64,000 nt of DNA from an uncultured Hormoscilla sp. (GCA_963921275.4 OZ001293.3:1184001-1248000), one strand, 5' to 3'. Positions 22,181-34,200 are shown, counted from the first letter of the stretch. Numbers and translations: made by a program. Notes: a model not told the origin generated them from the letters alone.

Positions 22181-22972
22181 CTAATTTTCACCAAATATTT
22201 TATCGATCTCGTCGGGGGGTACTCCCATTTTCAGTAAACGCTGGGCTAACTTTTCAGCCCGTTGGCGTTCGGTCTCGGCCTGTTGTTTCCAGGTTTCCAT
22301 TTCAGCTTGTTCTGCTAGAATTAAGTCCTCCACTGACGGCGGGTCTAGTAGTTCTTTTACCGATAAATCTAAACCCTCAAACTGACCCGAAACAATTGAT
22401 GTCTCTTCGGTAAAATCTACAAAACGATATCCCTCTTCATTGCTAGGATTAGCAAAGACCCGGACTCGTTTCTTTTTGGCGTCTACTATCCAATATTCAG
22501 CAATTTCCGCCACTTCGTATTCGTTGCGTTTGATCACGTAATCTTCCCGGCGATTGCTGCTGACAATCTCTATTACCAGCATCGGTTTTTCCTCAAAATC
22601 CAAAACTCCAGCCCCAGGATGATGACGAACTTTATTCCAAACGGCTTTGCTATAGACTACCACATCGGGAATTCGAGATGAATTTTCTTCCGTTCGGACA
22701 CCGGTTGCTAAACCGGTCACGACTAAATCCAATTTTTTGGTCGCCAAGTAGCGCTGGAACTTGTGAACCAGAAACTTGCCAATATTGGTATGATTGTGGG
22801 TCGTTGCTCCCATGGGTATTAATTTTCCCCTGACTAATTCATAGAGAACACCAGGTTCTCCTTCATAAGATAGATATTCTTGGAAGGTTAAAGGATGTTT
22901 TTCGTCGTGATGTTCAATTTCAGGAGGTTCCTTGATGGCCACCTCCGTTGCTGGGACGACAGAAGATGTCAT
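22181..22972 (-). CDS. Uma2 family endonuclease
   Basis: YELVRG, RIPDVVV, LVIEIVS, EYWIVD, coiled-coil tail. Confidence 0.9.
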   Translation of the reverse strand: MTSSVVPATEVAIKEPPEIEHHDEKHPLTFQEYLSYEGEPGVLYELVRGKLIPMGATTHNHTNIGKFLVHKFQRYLATKKLDLVVTGLATGVRTEENSSRIPDVVVYSKAVWNKVRHHPGAGVLDFEEKPMLVIEIVSSNRREDYVIKRNEYEVAEIAEYWIVDAKKKRVRVFANPSNEEGYRFVDFTEETSIVSGQFEGLDLSVKELLDPPSVEDLILAEQAEMETWKQQAETERQRAEKLAQRLLKMGVPPDEIDKIFGEN

Positions 22973-23321
22973 AATAGACCTCCCTTACGATCGCTCTCTG
23001 AAACTATTCTAGCACAGGTTCTGAACGCAAATAGCCGATGATACAAAACTGGTTAAATTATTTTTCTTACTGTACCACAGATTGCCGCGATCGGGTTAAC
23101 AGGGGATGCAGTTGTTCCTAATATCTGGCACCGGTGCCTGAGGCGATCGCGCTTTTTTCTAGGGTGCCATCGCGCTTTTGACGAGACTATTGACATGTTT
23201 TGGGATGAAGGTAGCACAGTTCAAGATACATGCAAACTCACGGGTCTTTGAGATGCGATCGGGGGGCTGGTTTGGCGCTCGTTCGTGACACAATTATTCT
23301 TTTTCTTGAGGTATGGGGTCT

Positions 23322-25452
23322 CCCTCCTGGTTGCTTCTTCCATTCGACCATTTGCATCGTAGGTAGCGAGGACTTCGTTCCCCAGACGATCGACTAGACG
23401 ATTGGGATTGCCAAAAGTATCGTAACCCCATTCGCGTATTTTGCCGTCAGGATATTCTTGACGAATGAGGTTGCCTTTGGCGTCGTATTCGTAAGTTGTT
23501 GTTAGTCCGTCAGTATCGGTACTAGAGATCATATTACCGCGACTGTCGTACTCGAAGGATGTAGTCAAACCTGTTGGCGAAACCATTGACTGTACTAGAG
23601 AGCGATTATTGTAGGTCATGCGGGTGATGTTTCCCTCTTCGTCCTCTATTGTCAGTACATTTCCTCGCCTGTCGTAAATGTATTTGGTAATAACACCGTC
23701 TGGATCTGTTTCGCTAATCAGATTATTGTCGGAGTCGTAAGTGCGTTCTATAATTCCTCCTAACGCATCTACCTCAGTAACAACATTCCCCCTCTCATCA
23801 TACACGTAGGTCGTGGGATTCCCAAACACATCCTTAACTGTCTGAGTATAATTATCCCGATCGTACTCTAACTCAACTGCTTCCCCATTCACATCCAGGA
23901 TCCGCTTCAGACGCCCGGACTCATCATACTCGTTGCGCACCGCTTCCCGTCCCAGAGGATCGTTTATTCCCGTCAAGTAATGGGGACGTTCTTCTGCTTC
24001 ATAGTCAAATGTAGTAGTATTGTTGGCCCGATCGCGCACCCTAATCAAATCCCCAGTAACGGCATCGTAGGAATAAACAATCTTCTCACCAGCCGGATCA
24101 ATAACGCTAGTTATCCGACCTTGGGCATCCCGTTCAAACGTAACCTCTACCCCAGTATCGCTAGAGATACCCTCATCAGTATAGGTCAGAGTATTGCCAT
24201 TCAGGTCCGTCACCGTCAGCAAATCACCAGTCTTCGCCGATATCTCGTAAACAATACCTTCCTTAGTAGTAAGAGTATAGGAACCGCCAAAGAAAGAATC
24301 TTCCGGGTTATAGGGAGTGCCACTCAAGGCCACATATTCGCCATTAGGGTTGCGAGTCAGGAACACATCCTTAACAGTCAGAGTATTGTGAGAACCATCT
24401 TGGGCCGCAAACGCCGGGTGGAACAAACCTCCTTCTCCATTAGGACTGGTCACGTACCGACTCAGGCGATCGGGCGTCGGAGAGAAAGTAAAAGTTTCCC
24501 GCTTCCCACCAGGTAGAGTAACGTATACCCGCGTGTTATCAGTAAAAGCTTTTGAACGAATGCCAACAGTCTCATAAATTTCATCCCGTCCCAAAGAAGT
24601 GCGCAGCTCTGTATCCCGGAACTCCAGACGCCAACCCGGACCAAAATTATCTTGTGTTCCCACCCCCAGACTATCATAAGTGCGGGTCACGCTAATGGGA
24701 ATGCCCGAAACTGGCACCTCCAGGTCAGTAAAACTAATTTGGAAATTACCCAACTTCAGGTCACCACCCACATCAACTGTTTCGGAAACAAGAGAACTCT
24801 CTCCAGAAGCATCCGTTGCTATCACCCGCAGAGTATAGGAATCATTCTGCAATAAAGTCGGGTCAAACTCTCCTAACACCCCATCTGTTACCTTTTCAGT
24901 TCCCGTGAATATCGTTACGAAATCATTACTGCCAACTGGCGCCACCTCAAACCTGTACTCTGCCAGATTATCGTCAGAGATCGTACCCGTCAACTCAATG
25001 ACATTGGTCACCAGATCGTCCGGTAGGGGGTCGAGTTCTATTACTGGAGATGACCCGTCACTTTCACCCAACACCTCCAATACTTCTATAGTTGCTGTTG
25101 CCGACGCCGAATTTCCTGCCGCATCCGTTGCCGTAGCAGTCGCCTCATAGAGACCTGGGTTATCAAAACTAACCGTCGCCACCCCATCAGGAGTAACTGG
25201 TACCGCCTCTCCATCCACAACCAAACCAATACTTGCCACGCCAATATTATCAGTTGCCGCCACCCAGAGGGTCTGTTCCTGAGAGGTATAGACAAAATTG
25301 AAACCTTGATGCAACTGCACTACCGGTGGTGAAGCGTCACCCGTCACCTGCAACGAGAAAGTTCCCGTGGTAGTCTCGCCCCTCCTATCGGTGACAACCA
25401 CCTCAATCTTGAAAACCCCAATATCATCGTTGGAAGGAGACCAGTAGATCCA
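23322..25452 (-). pseudogene. Internal fragment of a large Ig-repeat/RHS (YD-repeat) protein
   Basis: Ig-like repeats, ISVTRTYDS...FGPGW, many YD repeats; unrelated sequence at both ends. Confidence 0.85.
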
Positions 25453-25885
25453 ATGGGTTGGGATGCCTTTGGGCTACCGGCTGAAAATGCGGCGATCGCC
25501 CGTGGCATCCATCCTGCCCAGTGGACTGATTCCAATATCGCTCAGATGAAGTCGGAGTTACAGCGCTTAGGGCTTTCTTACGATTGGAATTGCGAACTTT
25601 CTACCTGTTCGCCGGAATATTACAAGTGGACTCAGTGGATTTTCTTGCAATTTTTAGACGCGGGCCTGGCTTACCAGAAGGAGGCGGCGGTTAATTGGGA
25701 TCCAATCGATCGGACAGTGTTGGCAAACGAGCAGGTGGATAGCAAGGGGCGATCCTGGCGTTCTGGCGCTAAGGTGGAGCGCAAAATGTTGCGGCAGTGG
25801 TTCCTCAAAATTACTGACTATGCCGAACAACTGCTCAAGGATTTGGAGAAATTGACCGATTGGCCAGAGCGGGTGAAGCTGATCC
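25450..25885 (+). pseudogene. leuS: Internal fragment of leucine--tRNA ligase
   Basis: [53 protein letters not shown]; lacks the HIGH region and the C-terminal part. Confidence 0.9.
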
Positions 25886-25889
25886 GACT

Positions 25890-26522
25890 GCACCAGAGGG
25901 CGTAGCCGATGTTGGCGGGGATAAAACGCCGTCCCACCGCCTTGTTAATGTAGCTTGCGCCCGTTTTGTCTTGCTGTTCCCAGCCCCCCCGCAGTTCCAG
26001 ACGGCTAGTTTTGGTGGTATTGCGCCCATAGCTAACACTGGCCTCGCTTGTTTGGCTGTTGGACATTTCCAGATTGCCCTTGAGTCCAGCTTTTTGCCCT
26101 GCCAGATAATCGGCCCGCATGGAGTTATCAATTTGATCTCGGTTGCTTGTAACGCCACTTGGGGTCGTTTCGATATCGGAAACCTCGAAACCTGGCAGGG
26201 TTTGCTTCACCATTTTTACCTGTTGCCGTTTGGTGACGGCAATTTTGTACAGGCTGTTCCCAGAGATGGTGTTGGGATCGGTTTCATATTCGTGGGTCTG
26301 GCGGTCTTTGTCGTCAAAGGCGAACCGCACTTGCCCGCTGCTGGTCAGATACAGAGCGTAGGGAATGCCGCTGCCCAACTTGCCCTTGGCGAGGATGCCC
26401 ATGTCTTGCAGTTGCGTGACCTGGACGAAGGCTTCGATAGTTAAATCGCGTAGTGATTTGACTGCGGTCCCGTGTCCCCGCCGGGGCCAGCCGGGGCCAC
26501 AGTCTGGGTTTTCGGTAATCAC
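25890..26522 (-). pseudogene. Mosaic fragment with a LamG/concanavalin-like segment
   Basis: DLTIEAFVQV...GILAKG...YALYL...VRFAF; no stop of its own, frame runs into antisense leuS. Confidence 0.45.
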
Positions 26523-26635
26523 TACTTGTGACCCACTACCTTTAACAGAAGCGACGATGTGATAATCTAAATTGAAGAATTATGTGCGCTTTTGTGTGTA
26601 AATTTTATTCTGGAAGAGTCTCTAACGGAGTCAAG

Positions 26636-26990
26636 GGAGTCCCTGAATCAGTCGGAGAAGTCCCTGACTACTGAGGTGAAGTGTCGCACTCATTCGGAGA
26701 CTCCCGGACTCATTCGGGGAAGTCCCTGAATCATTCGGGGAAGTCCCTGACTACTGAGATGAACTGTCGCATTCATTCGGTGATATGCCTGACTACTGAG
26801 GTGATATGCCTGACTACTGAGGTGATATGCCTGACTACTGAGGTGATATGCCTGACTACTGAGGTGATATGCCTGACTACTAAGGGGAGGTGTCGCACTC
26901 ATTCGGGGAAGTGCCTGACTACTGAGGTGAAGTGCCTGACTACTGAGGTGAAGTGCCTGACTACTGAGGTGAAGTGCCGCACTCAGTCAC
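26636..26990. repeat. 21-bp tandem repeat array (TGCCTGACTACTGAGGTGATA/AAG and GGGAAGTCCCTGAATCATTCG variants)
   Basis: Head-to-tail 21-mers, followed by a 27-bp tandem repeat CACTCAAGTGCTTACTACGAACCCGCAAG-like at about 26988-27060. Confidence 0.9.
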
Positions 26991-27129
26991 TCAAGTGCTT
27001 ACTACGAACCCGCAAGCACTCAAGTGCTTACTACGAACCCGCAAGCACTCAAGTGCTTACTCGCAGTTGTATAGAACAAGAGACAAGATTATGAATGATT
27101 ACATTCCCAAAAGTGATGCCGAGTATACT

Positions 27130-27258
27130 TCCTGAACCGAATGAGGATCCGGCTATCACCATTAGGCGAGAAATAGAAGAAGAAACAGGATATCGGGCGC
27201 ACAAATGGCGGAAATTAGGGCAATTTTTCCTGGCCCCAGGCTATTCCGATGAAATTCA
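27130..27258 (+). pseudogene. NUDIX hydrolase internal fragment
   Basis: EPNEDPAITIRREIEEETGYRAHKWRKLGQFFLAPGYSDEI contains the REIEEETG half of a Nudix box. Confidence 0.8.
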
Positions 27259-28220
27259 AATCATCGCCATCAGGATCTTCTGCTTCTACCTGATAATTGT
27301 AATCCTTTCCAGGACTGGCGTAGAGTACGGGCGTGGAAGTGATTTCCGGGGCGGTGTTAATGGCATTGGTTCCCACGGAAATATTGTAAGACTGGGTGGA
27401 TGCTGCGCCCCGAGAATCTACAACCGTTATCTCGACTTCCTGGGTTCCCGTCTGAGACTCCTGAGGCGTCCAGAATATGACACCGGTAGCGGAGTCGATC
27501 GCCATCCCTTCCGGATGCTTGGAAAGACTGAAACTGAAAGAATCATTCTCCAGATCCGTGGCCACCACTTGGTAACTGTAAGGAACGTCAACCGCCGCCA
27601 CAGTAATAGGAGTCGAGACCAGTTCCGGTGGCGTGTTGCCCCCCCTCACTGTCAAAGTATATTCCTGACCTGCCAACAGACCCCGCGCATCCAATACAGT
27701 TACCGTAACAGTATGGTCGCCAATTTGTGTGAGAGACGGTTGCCAACTCAACATTCCTTCTATCTCATCCACCACCATACCACGGGGACCTGACTCCAGG
27801 TTCCAGATTAAGAAATCTCCATCCGGGTCCGTCGCTTCCAAAGGATACCTATATACGTCTTCTCTCAGCGCGATCGTCTTCGGTACTGAGGTAATACTAG
27901 GAGGTCGGTTGACATCCCGATGGGAAACATTGATAGTAAATTCTATCTGTGAAGTAGCGCCCTCAGAATCAGTCACCGTCACCGAAACTGTCTGGTTACC
28001 CAACTGGGCAGGCGTCGGCGTCCAAGCGATCGCACCCCTGGAATCAACAGTCATGCCGTCCGGACCGACTAAACTAAAACTCAGAGAACCGCTACTTTCA
28101 TCATCAATATCAAGTTGCGATAAATAGGTCCGGCCTACTACCGCTGTCGTCCTCATCTTTTCAGAGATTTCTGGCGGCGTATTTTCCTTTGCCTCTACCA
28201 CTTCTACCGACAGAGTTTGA
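27255..28220 (-). pseudogene. Cadherin-like putative Ig repeat fragment of the large RHS protein
   Basis: Repeats NxPPxITSxP...YxYQVxAxDxDGD...PxGMxID..G.I.WTP. Confidence 0.8.
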
Positions 28221-28311
28221 GTCAGTAACACCATTTTTTTGTCATGAATGCTTAGACCAGTATTAATTGGCCTCTCTGGATTTAGCAGTTTAAGTATCGT
28301 CTTTGTTTCCT

Positions 28312-29439
28312 TTAAAAACACGAGATTAAGTCCGAATGTTTACTAGCACTTAAATGAGCAGCTACTTTTTGAACTAATGCGTTTTGTCTTGAGACAAACA
28401 GCGAATAGTAATTATCTCTTAAATCACGGTTTAGACCATAAAACCATTGCACAACTTCAAGTAATTCTTCAAAATGGTTCAAGTCTGAATAGAGCCAGTC
28501 ATCTCTGTCAGCTTCTATCTTTCCTAGTAGACTTTGCAGCAGCTCAAGATTTGTGTCTTGAGGAACGATAATTTCAATATCTGGTTCGCTACCTATATCG
28601 TGCCTACACATCAAGTTGAAAGACTTTCTATTTCGCGGGCGAACTACTCCTAACCTCGGATGAAAGATATAGGCTCGATACAAGTTTGTGTCTCTTTCTT
28701 CTATGAATAATTCCATAATTTTGACAAAATCATATTCTGGATCAAATTCTGGATCAAATTCTTGTTCGCTCCAAGGGTCGTCAAGACTTTCATAACCTGG
28801 AGCTGGTACATAAATTTCTCCAATCAAGAAAGGTGCTGTGGCATCGCAACCGCAAGCGTCCCAGACTGCCATACCTGCTTCTTTAAGTTCTTTAAAGAGT
28901 AAAACCTGTGCTAAGTCGCTAAAGTTGCCAGCCACATCATATTTAGAAATAAGTAGGTTACATTGAGGAATATTGCATGGTAGGCAGAATTTGAGACCCA
29001 GCTCAAGAGAGTTAATGTCTGCCTGGTTGGGGGAGGCTTCTAAGAATCGATCGTGAAGGCTGCGATCGCGAGATAGAAAGGCAAAGCTTGAAAACCCCAT
29101 TCCCCACCTCCCCCAAGGGAAAATAGACCACAAGTATCGCTCGGATAGCCAACGCAACAGGGTATTGACTTGCTCCATAGATGTTCCGTTAAACAAAGGA
29201 AGCTTTGGCCGATCTTGCCTGTTAAATTCCTTGATGTACGAGCCGTGTATGCACCAATGTCGCAGGTGAAAAAAATTACAATAATTTTCTGGGCTAAAAA
29301 TCCCTGTATCTAAGGAATGTAAGGCATTTTCTTGATTTTCATGCTCCAGCCAAACCTTAGATAAATCACCATTCAAAAATCTCTTTATTTTTTCCTTAAA
29401 AAACAAAAGATCGTGACGAAAAAAAGCTAGATAATACAT
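28312..29439 (-). CDS. Putative RHS immunity protein, copy 2
   Basis: Starts 18 nt after the toxin-tip stop; near-identical to 30146-31270; role inferred from position only. Confidence 0.65.
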   Translation of the reverse strand: MYYLAFFRHDLLFFKEKIKRFLNGDLSKVWLEHENQENALHSLDTGIFSPENYCNFFHLRHWCIHGSYIKEFNRQDRPKLPLFNGTSMEQVNTLLRWLSERYLWSIFPWGRWGMGFSSFAFLSRDRSLHDRFLEASPNQADINSLELGLKFCLPCNIPQCNLLISKYDVAGNFSDLAQVLLFKELKEAGMAVWDACGCDATAPFLIGEIYVPAPGYESLDDPWSEQEFDPEFDPEYDFVKIMELFIEERDTNLYRAYIFHPRLGVVRPRNRKSFNLMCRHDIGSEPDIEIIVPQDTNLELLQSLLGKIEADRDDWLYSDLNHFEELLEVVQWFYGLNRDLRDNYYSLFVSRQNALVQKVAAHLSASKHSDLISCF

Positions 29440-29456
29440 GATTTATTTACCTATTT

Positions 29457-30155
29457 TTAATTTTTGGGAACGTGGAAGTGGAACCTGGGGTTGTCTGCTT
29501 TCCATACTAAGTGGTTTTTTTTGTCGCTACATTCCTCTGCAGTACCACAGTGATTAAAGTCTCCATAGTCCATTCTAAAAAACTGAATTCTTACCGGGTT
29601 CTTTTTTCCTATTCCCATTCCTACGCCAAAGAAACGGTCCTTCCAACTATTGTTAACAATTTGCACGGGTTTGCCCTGTATCTGTAAACCCGTGTTAAAG
29701 AACGGTACTTTAAGGGCAAGGCTTATTAAACTAGGCGGGAAAAAGGCAAAATTTGATTTGTCGGAGTTAAAAAATGTTTTAAACGAGTTGATTTCCGACG
29801 GAATTTTTCGAGTGAGTATAGTCGTTACGATCCGACCAGCGTTTGCGCGTAATACAACAACAGCATCATCCAAGTTAGAGATCTCTGTTAGGTCTAAAGA
29901 CAAAATCTTGGATGGATCGGGTATAATGCTAGATGGATTTGACTGGTTAGAGCTAAAAGGTCCGTAATCCATTCTGAAGAATTGAATGGTCTTTTCCTTC
30001 TTCTTAGCGTTCAATGTCATACCCATGCCGAAAAGGCGATATCCTTTATCATTTGTCAGTAACACCATTTTTTTGTCATGAATGCTTAGACCAGTATTAA
30101 TTGGCCTCTCTGGATTTAGCAGTTTAAGTATCGTCTTTGTTTCCTTTAAAAACAC
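29457..30155 (-). CDS. Orphan toxin-tip ORF: divergent tip fragment fused to a duplicate of the RHS C-terminus
   Basis: NTGLSIHDK...RLFGMGM...IQFFRMDYG is followed by NPSSIIPDP...IQFFRMDYG...FHFHVPKN. Confidence 0.65.
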   Translation of the reverse strand: MFLKETKTILKLLNPERPINTGLSIHDKKMVLLTNDKGYRLFGMGMTLNAKKKEKTIQFFRMDYGPFSSNQSNPSSIIPDPSKILSLDLTEISNLDDAVVVLRANAGRIVTTILTRKIPSEINSFKTFFNSDKSNFAFFPPSLISLALKVPFFNTGLQIQGKPVQIVNNSWKDRFFGVGMGIGKKNPVRIQFFRMDYGDFNHCGTAEECSDKKNHLVWKADNPRFHFHVPKN

Positions 30156-31270
30156 GAGATTAAGTCCGAATGTTTACTAGCACTTAAATGAGCAGCTACT
30201 TTTTGAACTAATGCGTTTTGTCTTGAGACAAACAGCGAATAGTCATGATCTGCTAAATCACGGCTTAGACCATAAAACCATTGCACAACTTCAAAGAATT
30301 CTTCAAAATGGTTCAAGTCTGAATAGAGCCAGTCATCTCTGTCAGCTTCTATCTTTCCTAGTAGACTTTGCAGCAGCTCAAGATTTGTGTCTTGAGGAAC
30401 GATAATTTCAATATCTGGTTGGCTACCTATATCTTGCCTACACATCAAGTTGAAAGACTTTCTATTTCGCGGGCGAACTACTCCTAACCTCGGATGAAAG
30501 TAGGATCGATACAAGTTTGTGTCTCTTTCTTCTATGAATAATTCCATAATTTTGACAAAATCATATTCTGGATCAAATTCTGGATCAAATTCTTGTTCGC
30601 TCCAAGGGTCGTCAAGACTTTCATAACCTGGAGCTGGTACATAAAATTCTCCAATCAAGAAAGGTGCTGTGGCATCGCAACCGCAAGCGTCCCAGACTGC
30701 CATACCTGCTTCTTTAAGTTCTTCAAAGAGTAAAACCTGTGCTAAGTCGCTAAAGTTGCCAGCCACATCATATTTAGAAATAAGTAGGTTACATTGAGGA
30801 ATATTGCATGGTAGGCAGAATTCGAGACCCAGCTCAAGAGAGTTAATGTCTGCCTGGTTGGGGGAGGCTTCTAAGAATCGATCGCGAAGGCTGCGATCAC
30901 GAGATAGAAAGGCAAAGCTTGAAAACCTCATTCCCCACCCCCCCCAAGGGAAAATAGACCACAAGTATCGCTCGGATAGCCAACGCAACAGGGTATTGAC
31001 TTGCTCCATAGATGTTCCGTTAAACAAAGGAAGCTTTGGCCGATCTTGCCTGTTAAATTCCTTGATGTACGAGCCGTGTATGCACCAATGTTGACCGTGA
31101 AAAAATTTCCAATAATTTTCTGGGCTAAAAATCCCTGTATCTAAGGAATGTAAGGCATTTTCTTGATTTTCATGCTCCAGCCAAACCTTAGATAAATCAC
31201 CATTCAAAAATCTCTTTATTTTTTCCTTAAAAAACAAAGGATAATGACGAAAAAAAGCTAGATAATACAT
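30146..31270 (-). CDS. Putative RHS immunity protein, copy 1
   Basis: Directly downstream of the RHS C-terminal domain; 374 aa; no recognised motif. Confidence 0.65.
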   Translation of the reverse strand: MYYLAFFRHYPLFFKEKIKRFLNGDLSKVWLEHENQENALHSLDTGIFSPENYWKFFHGQHWCIHGSYIKEFNRQDRPKLPLFNGTSMEQVNTLLRWLSERYLWSIFPWGGWGMRFSSFAFLSRDRSLRDRFLEASPNQADINSLELGLEFCLPCNIPQCNLLISKYDVAGNFSDLAQVLLFEELKEAGMAVWDACGCDATAPFLIGEFYVPAPGYESLDDPWSEQEFDPEFDPEYDFVKIMELFIEERDTNLYRSYFHPRLGVVRPRNRKSFNLMCRQDIGSQPDIEIIVPQDTNLELLQSLLGKIEADRDDWLYSDLNHFEEFFEVVQWFYGLSRDLADHDYSLFVSRQNALVQKVAAHLSASKHSDLISCF

Positions 31271-31287
31271 GATTTATTTACCTATTT

Positions 31288-34200
31288 TTAATTTTTGGGA
31301 ACGTGGAAGTGGAACCTGGGGTTGTCTGCTTTCCATACTAAGTGGTTTTTTTTGTCGCTACATTCCTCTGCAGTACCACAGTGATTAAAGTCTCCATAGT
31401 CCATTCTAAAAAACTGAATTCTTACCGGGTTCTTTTTTCCCATTCCCATTCCTACGCCAAAGAGGCGGTCGTCCCGACTATTGTTAACAATTTGCACGGG
31501 TTTACCCTGTATCTGTAAACCCGTGTTAAAGAACAGTACTTTACTTTTACTAAGGACAAGGCTTATTAAACTAGGCGGGAAAAAGGCAAAATTTGATTTG
31601 TCGGAGTTAAAAAATGTTTTAAACGAGTTGATTTCCGACGGAATTTTTCGAGTGAGTATAGTCGTTACGATTCGACCAGCGTTTGCGCGTAATACAACAA
31701 CAGCATCATCCAAGTTAGAGATCTCTGTTAGGTCTAAAGACAAAATCTTGGATGGATCGGGTATAATGCTAGATGGATTTGACGCAATTTTGAAAACCAT
31801 CCAGATAGAATCTATTATGGACAAAGTGCTATCGACCTTATCCAAAATGTTCAGGTATGAATTGCCCAGCCGGAGCGACGTATTTAAAATATTTTGGATT
31901 TTGTTCGCAGCAATAAAATCGCTCACTGATGTAAGTCCACTAGGATCGACGAACATCACCGGATTGGCGTTGGCATATAGGTAGCGGTGCAGACTGATTG
32001 GTACTCGCCGAAATCCGGGGAAAGTATCTCGACTCAGAAAGCGGCCCGTGGCCGGATCCATGTACCGAGCGCGCAAGTAGTCGATTCCTGTCACCGCATC
32101 CCGTTGCTCTCCAGCAAAGAGATAATTGTTTTCGGTGTCCCCCGCCCGAGCGATAATCTGACCAAAGGCGTCATAACTGTACCGATCGCTTGCTAGGCCG
32201 TTCTCGTCAGTTAGGACTCGCGTGCTGCCAAGTCCATCCACATGGTAGAAGGACTGCTCCCCGTCGCGCTCTTGGAAAATCAGGTCGTTCCCGTAAACGT
32301 AGAATACTTCAGCAGCAACTCCTGGAGCGTACTCCTCTAAAACTTGAGCAAACGGCTGATTGGTGTCAATCAGGAATCGCATTTCTTGACCGCTGACGCT
32401 CTGAGCGACCCGGATGCCGTCAGCATCATATTGATATTCGACGTTAGCTGTACCGTCTCCATCCGTGTCAGCACCAATCAGTCGATTCTCGAAATCCCAA
32501 TTGTAGAAAACCTGCCCATCGGCATTGGTTTTGGAGAGGGTGTTGCCATTATTGTCATAAGTATAGGTCGTAACGACCGGATCTTTGACTTCCGAGAGCA
32601 ACCGATCGTTGTCATCGTAACTGTAAACGGTTAGACCTTCTTGGGAATCATTGCGCTGCAAGCGGTTTCCGACTTCATCGTAGATGTGCGATTCGTTCAG
32701 GCGTAAACTGGCGACGGTGAAGTCTGGTCTGGTTTCATTTGCCGGATAACTCTGGTTATCATGGGGGTTAAATTCCCTCTCCCCAGGTGTGGGGGGTCGA
32801 GGGTACTACCGGTCCTTAGTGCTGCGGAGTCACATCGCCGTGGTGCTCCGCTAGGACTTAAATGTAGGATAGCTAGCAGCCTAAGCTAGTGACACCGCGC
32901 TTGTTAGATGCTCATGGTTAGAACAGGCGAACCTGTGAAAGCCTCGTTAATAAGAACCAGCGGAATAAGGCTTATACGCTGGCCCAAAAGGGAAATGGCA
33001 GTTAGTGTTGGTAGTATTTGCTTACCAGCATCGCACTCGAAGAACTCCCGGGGTATAGCAGGAACCTAAAAGCATCGAGAAATGATACCAGGGAACGAAG
33101 TAACCTCACGTGAGCTGTCCCCATTTGGACCAGTTAGATGTAAAGCGCAAGCCGCGAAGAGGAAGGATGTTCTAAGAAGCCAACGCCTGGGGTAATGCCT
33201 GGGATATGCAGACGTAGGACGGATATGGTAAGAAGCCTTTGGTGAAAGTAGCCCTAACACGTCGCAAAACTTAGGAGAAATCCAAAAGTATGAATATGGA
33301 CTAGAGTCTCAGCCGGGTAAAGTTCAGAGCCCCGATAAATTGCCAGAATGGGGAAATGTTAGAGAAGAGCGGCTAGAATGGTTTGCTGAACTACCCTCCG
33401 CGCACGCTGCGCGATCGCGCAGCGCATCATTAACGGTCCAATAGGATTGACCATAAGGGGTAAAATTACAGAGGGTAAGGGGAATACGGGGTGACCTAAT
33501 TATTAATGATGATATGCCTAAGGACAAGCCCCAGCGGTGAAAGTCGCAAGTCCGGTTCCGCTCTTGGAGGGTTGGGGAGTGATTCCCAGCTCGACCCCGA
33601 CCATAGGAGATGCTTCGACTCGGACTGGTTGCGCCCGGAGCAAAAATATCTTCGCGAATCAGTCGCCCCAGTCCATCGTAGGCGTATTCAACTCGACGTC
33701 CGTCCCCTTCATCTACAGCAATTCGATTGCCAGCTTCGTCAAAAGTGTAATGGAAGCTGGCGATCGCGCCGTCAGTACCTGTAATCTCCACCGACAGAAC
33801 TTGGTTCAAATCGTCGTAGTCGCGAGTTTCAACAGTTCCGTTGGGTAATTCCGTCCGAACTAGGTTGCCAACTGCATCGTAGCTGTATGTTGTTACCCCA
33901 CCGTTGGGATCCGTCACCGTTTTCAATCGATTTAGTGCATCGTAACTGTAACTTGTCGTGCCAGAAGCAGTCGTCACCTCCTGTAGGTTTCCAGCAAAGT
34001 CATAGTTGTAGGATACGGTCCGCCCGTCGGGGTCGGTGCGTTCTAAGAGTCGATCGCGAGCATCGTATTTATAGGTTGTTGTTCCTAGGGGAGTTGTCGC
34101 CGTTTCGCGCTGACCGACAAGGGTATATGTAAACTCAGCGGAGGTGCCGTCTGGAAGCTCCTTAGTGACTAGACGATTTAAGGCATCGTATTCAAAATTT

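Noticed and set aside
25453..25905. Functional leuS gene
   Set aside because: Only about 145 internal codons; no HIGH or KMSKS motif.
26636..27094. CRISPR array or the 137-aa CLTTEVI protein
   Set aside because: Spacer-less tandem repeat; no evidence of a real gene.
28221..31783. Diversity-generating retroelement template/variable repeat pair
   Set aside because: Differences are not confined to adenines (for example CAT TAT CCT versus CAC GAT CTT), include indels, and the only RT here is retron-like.
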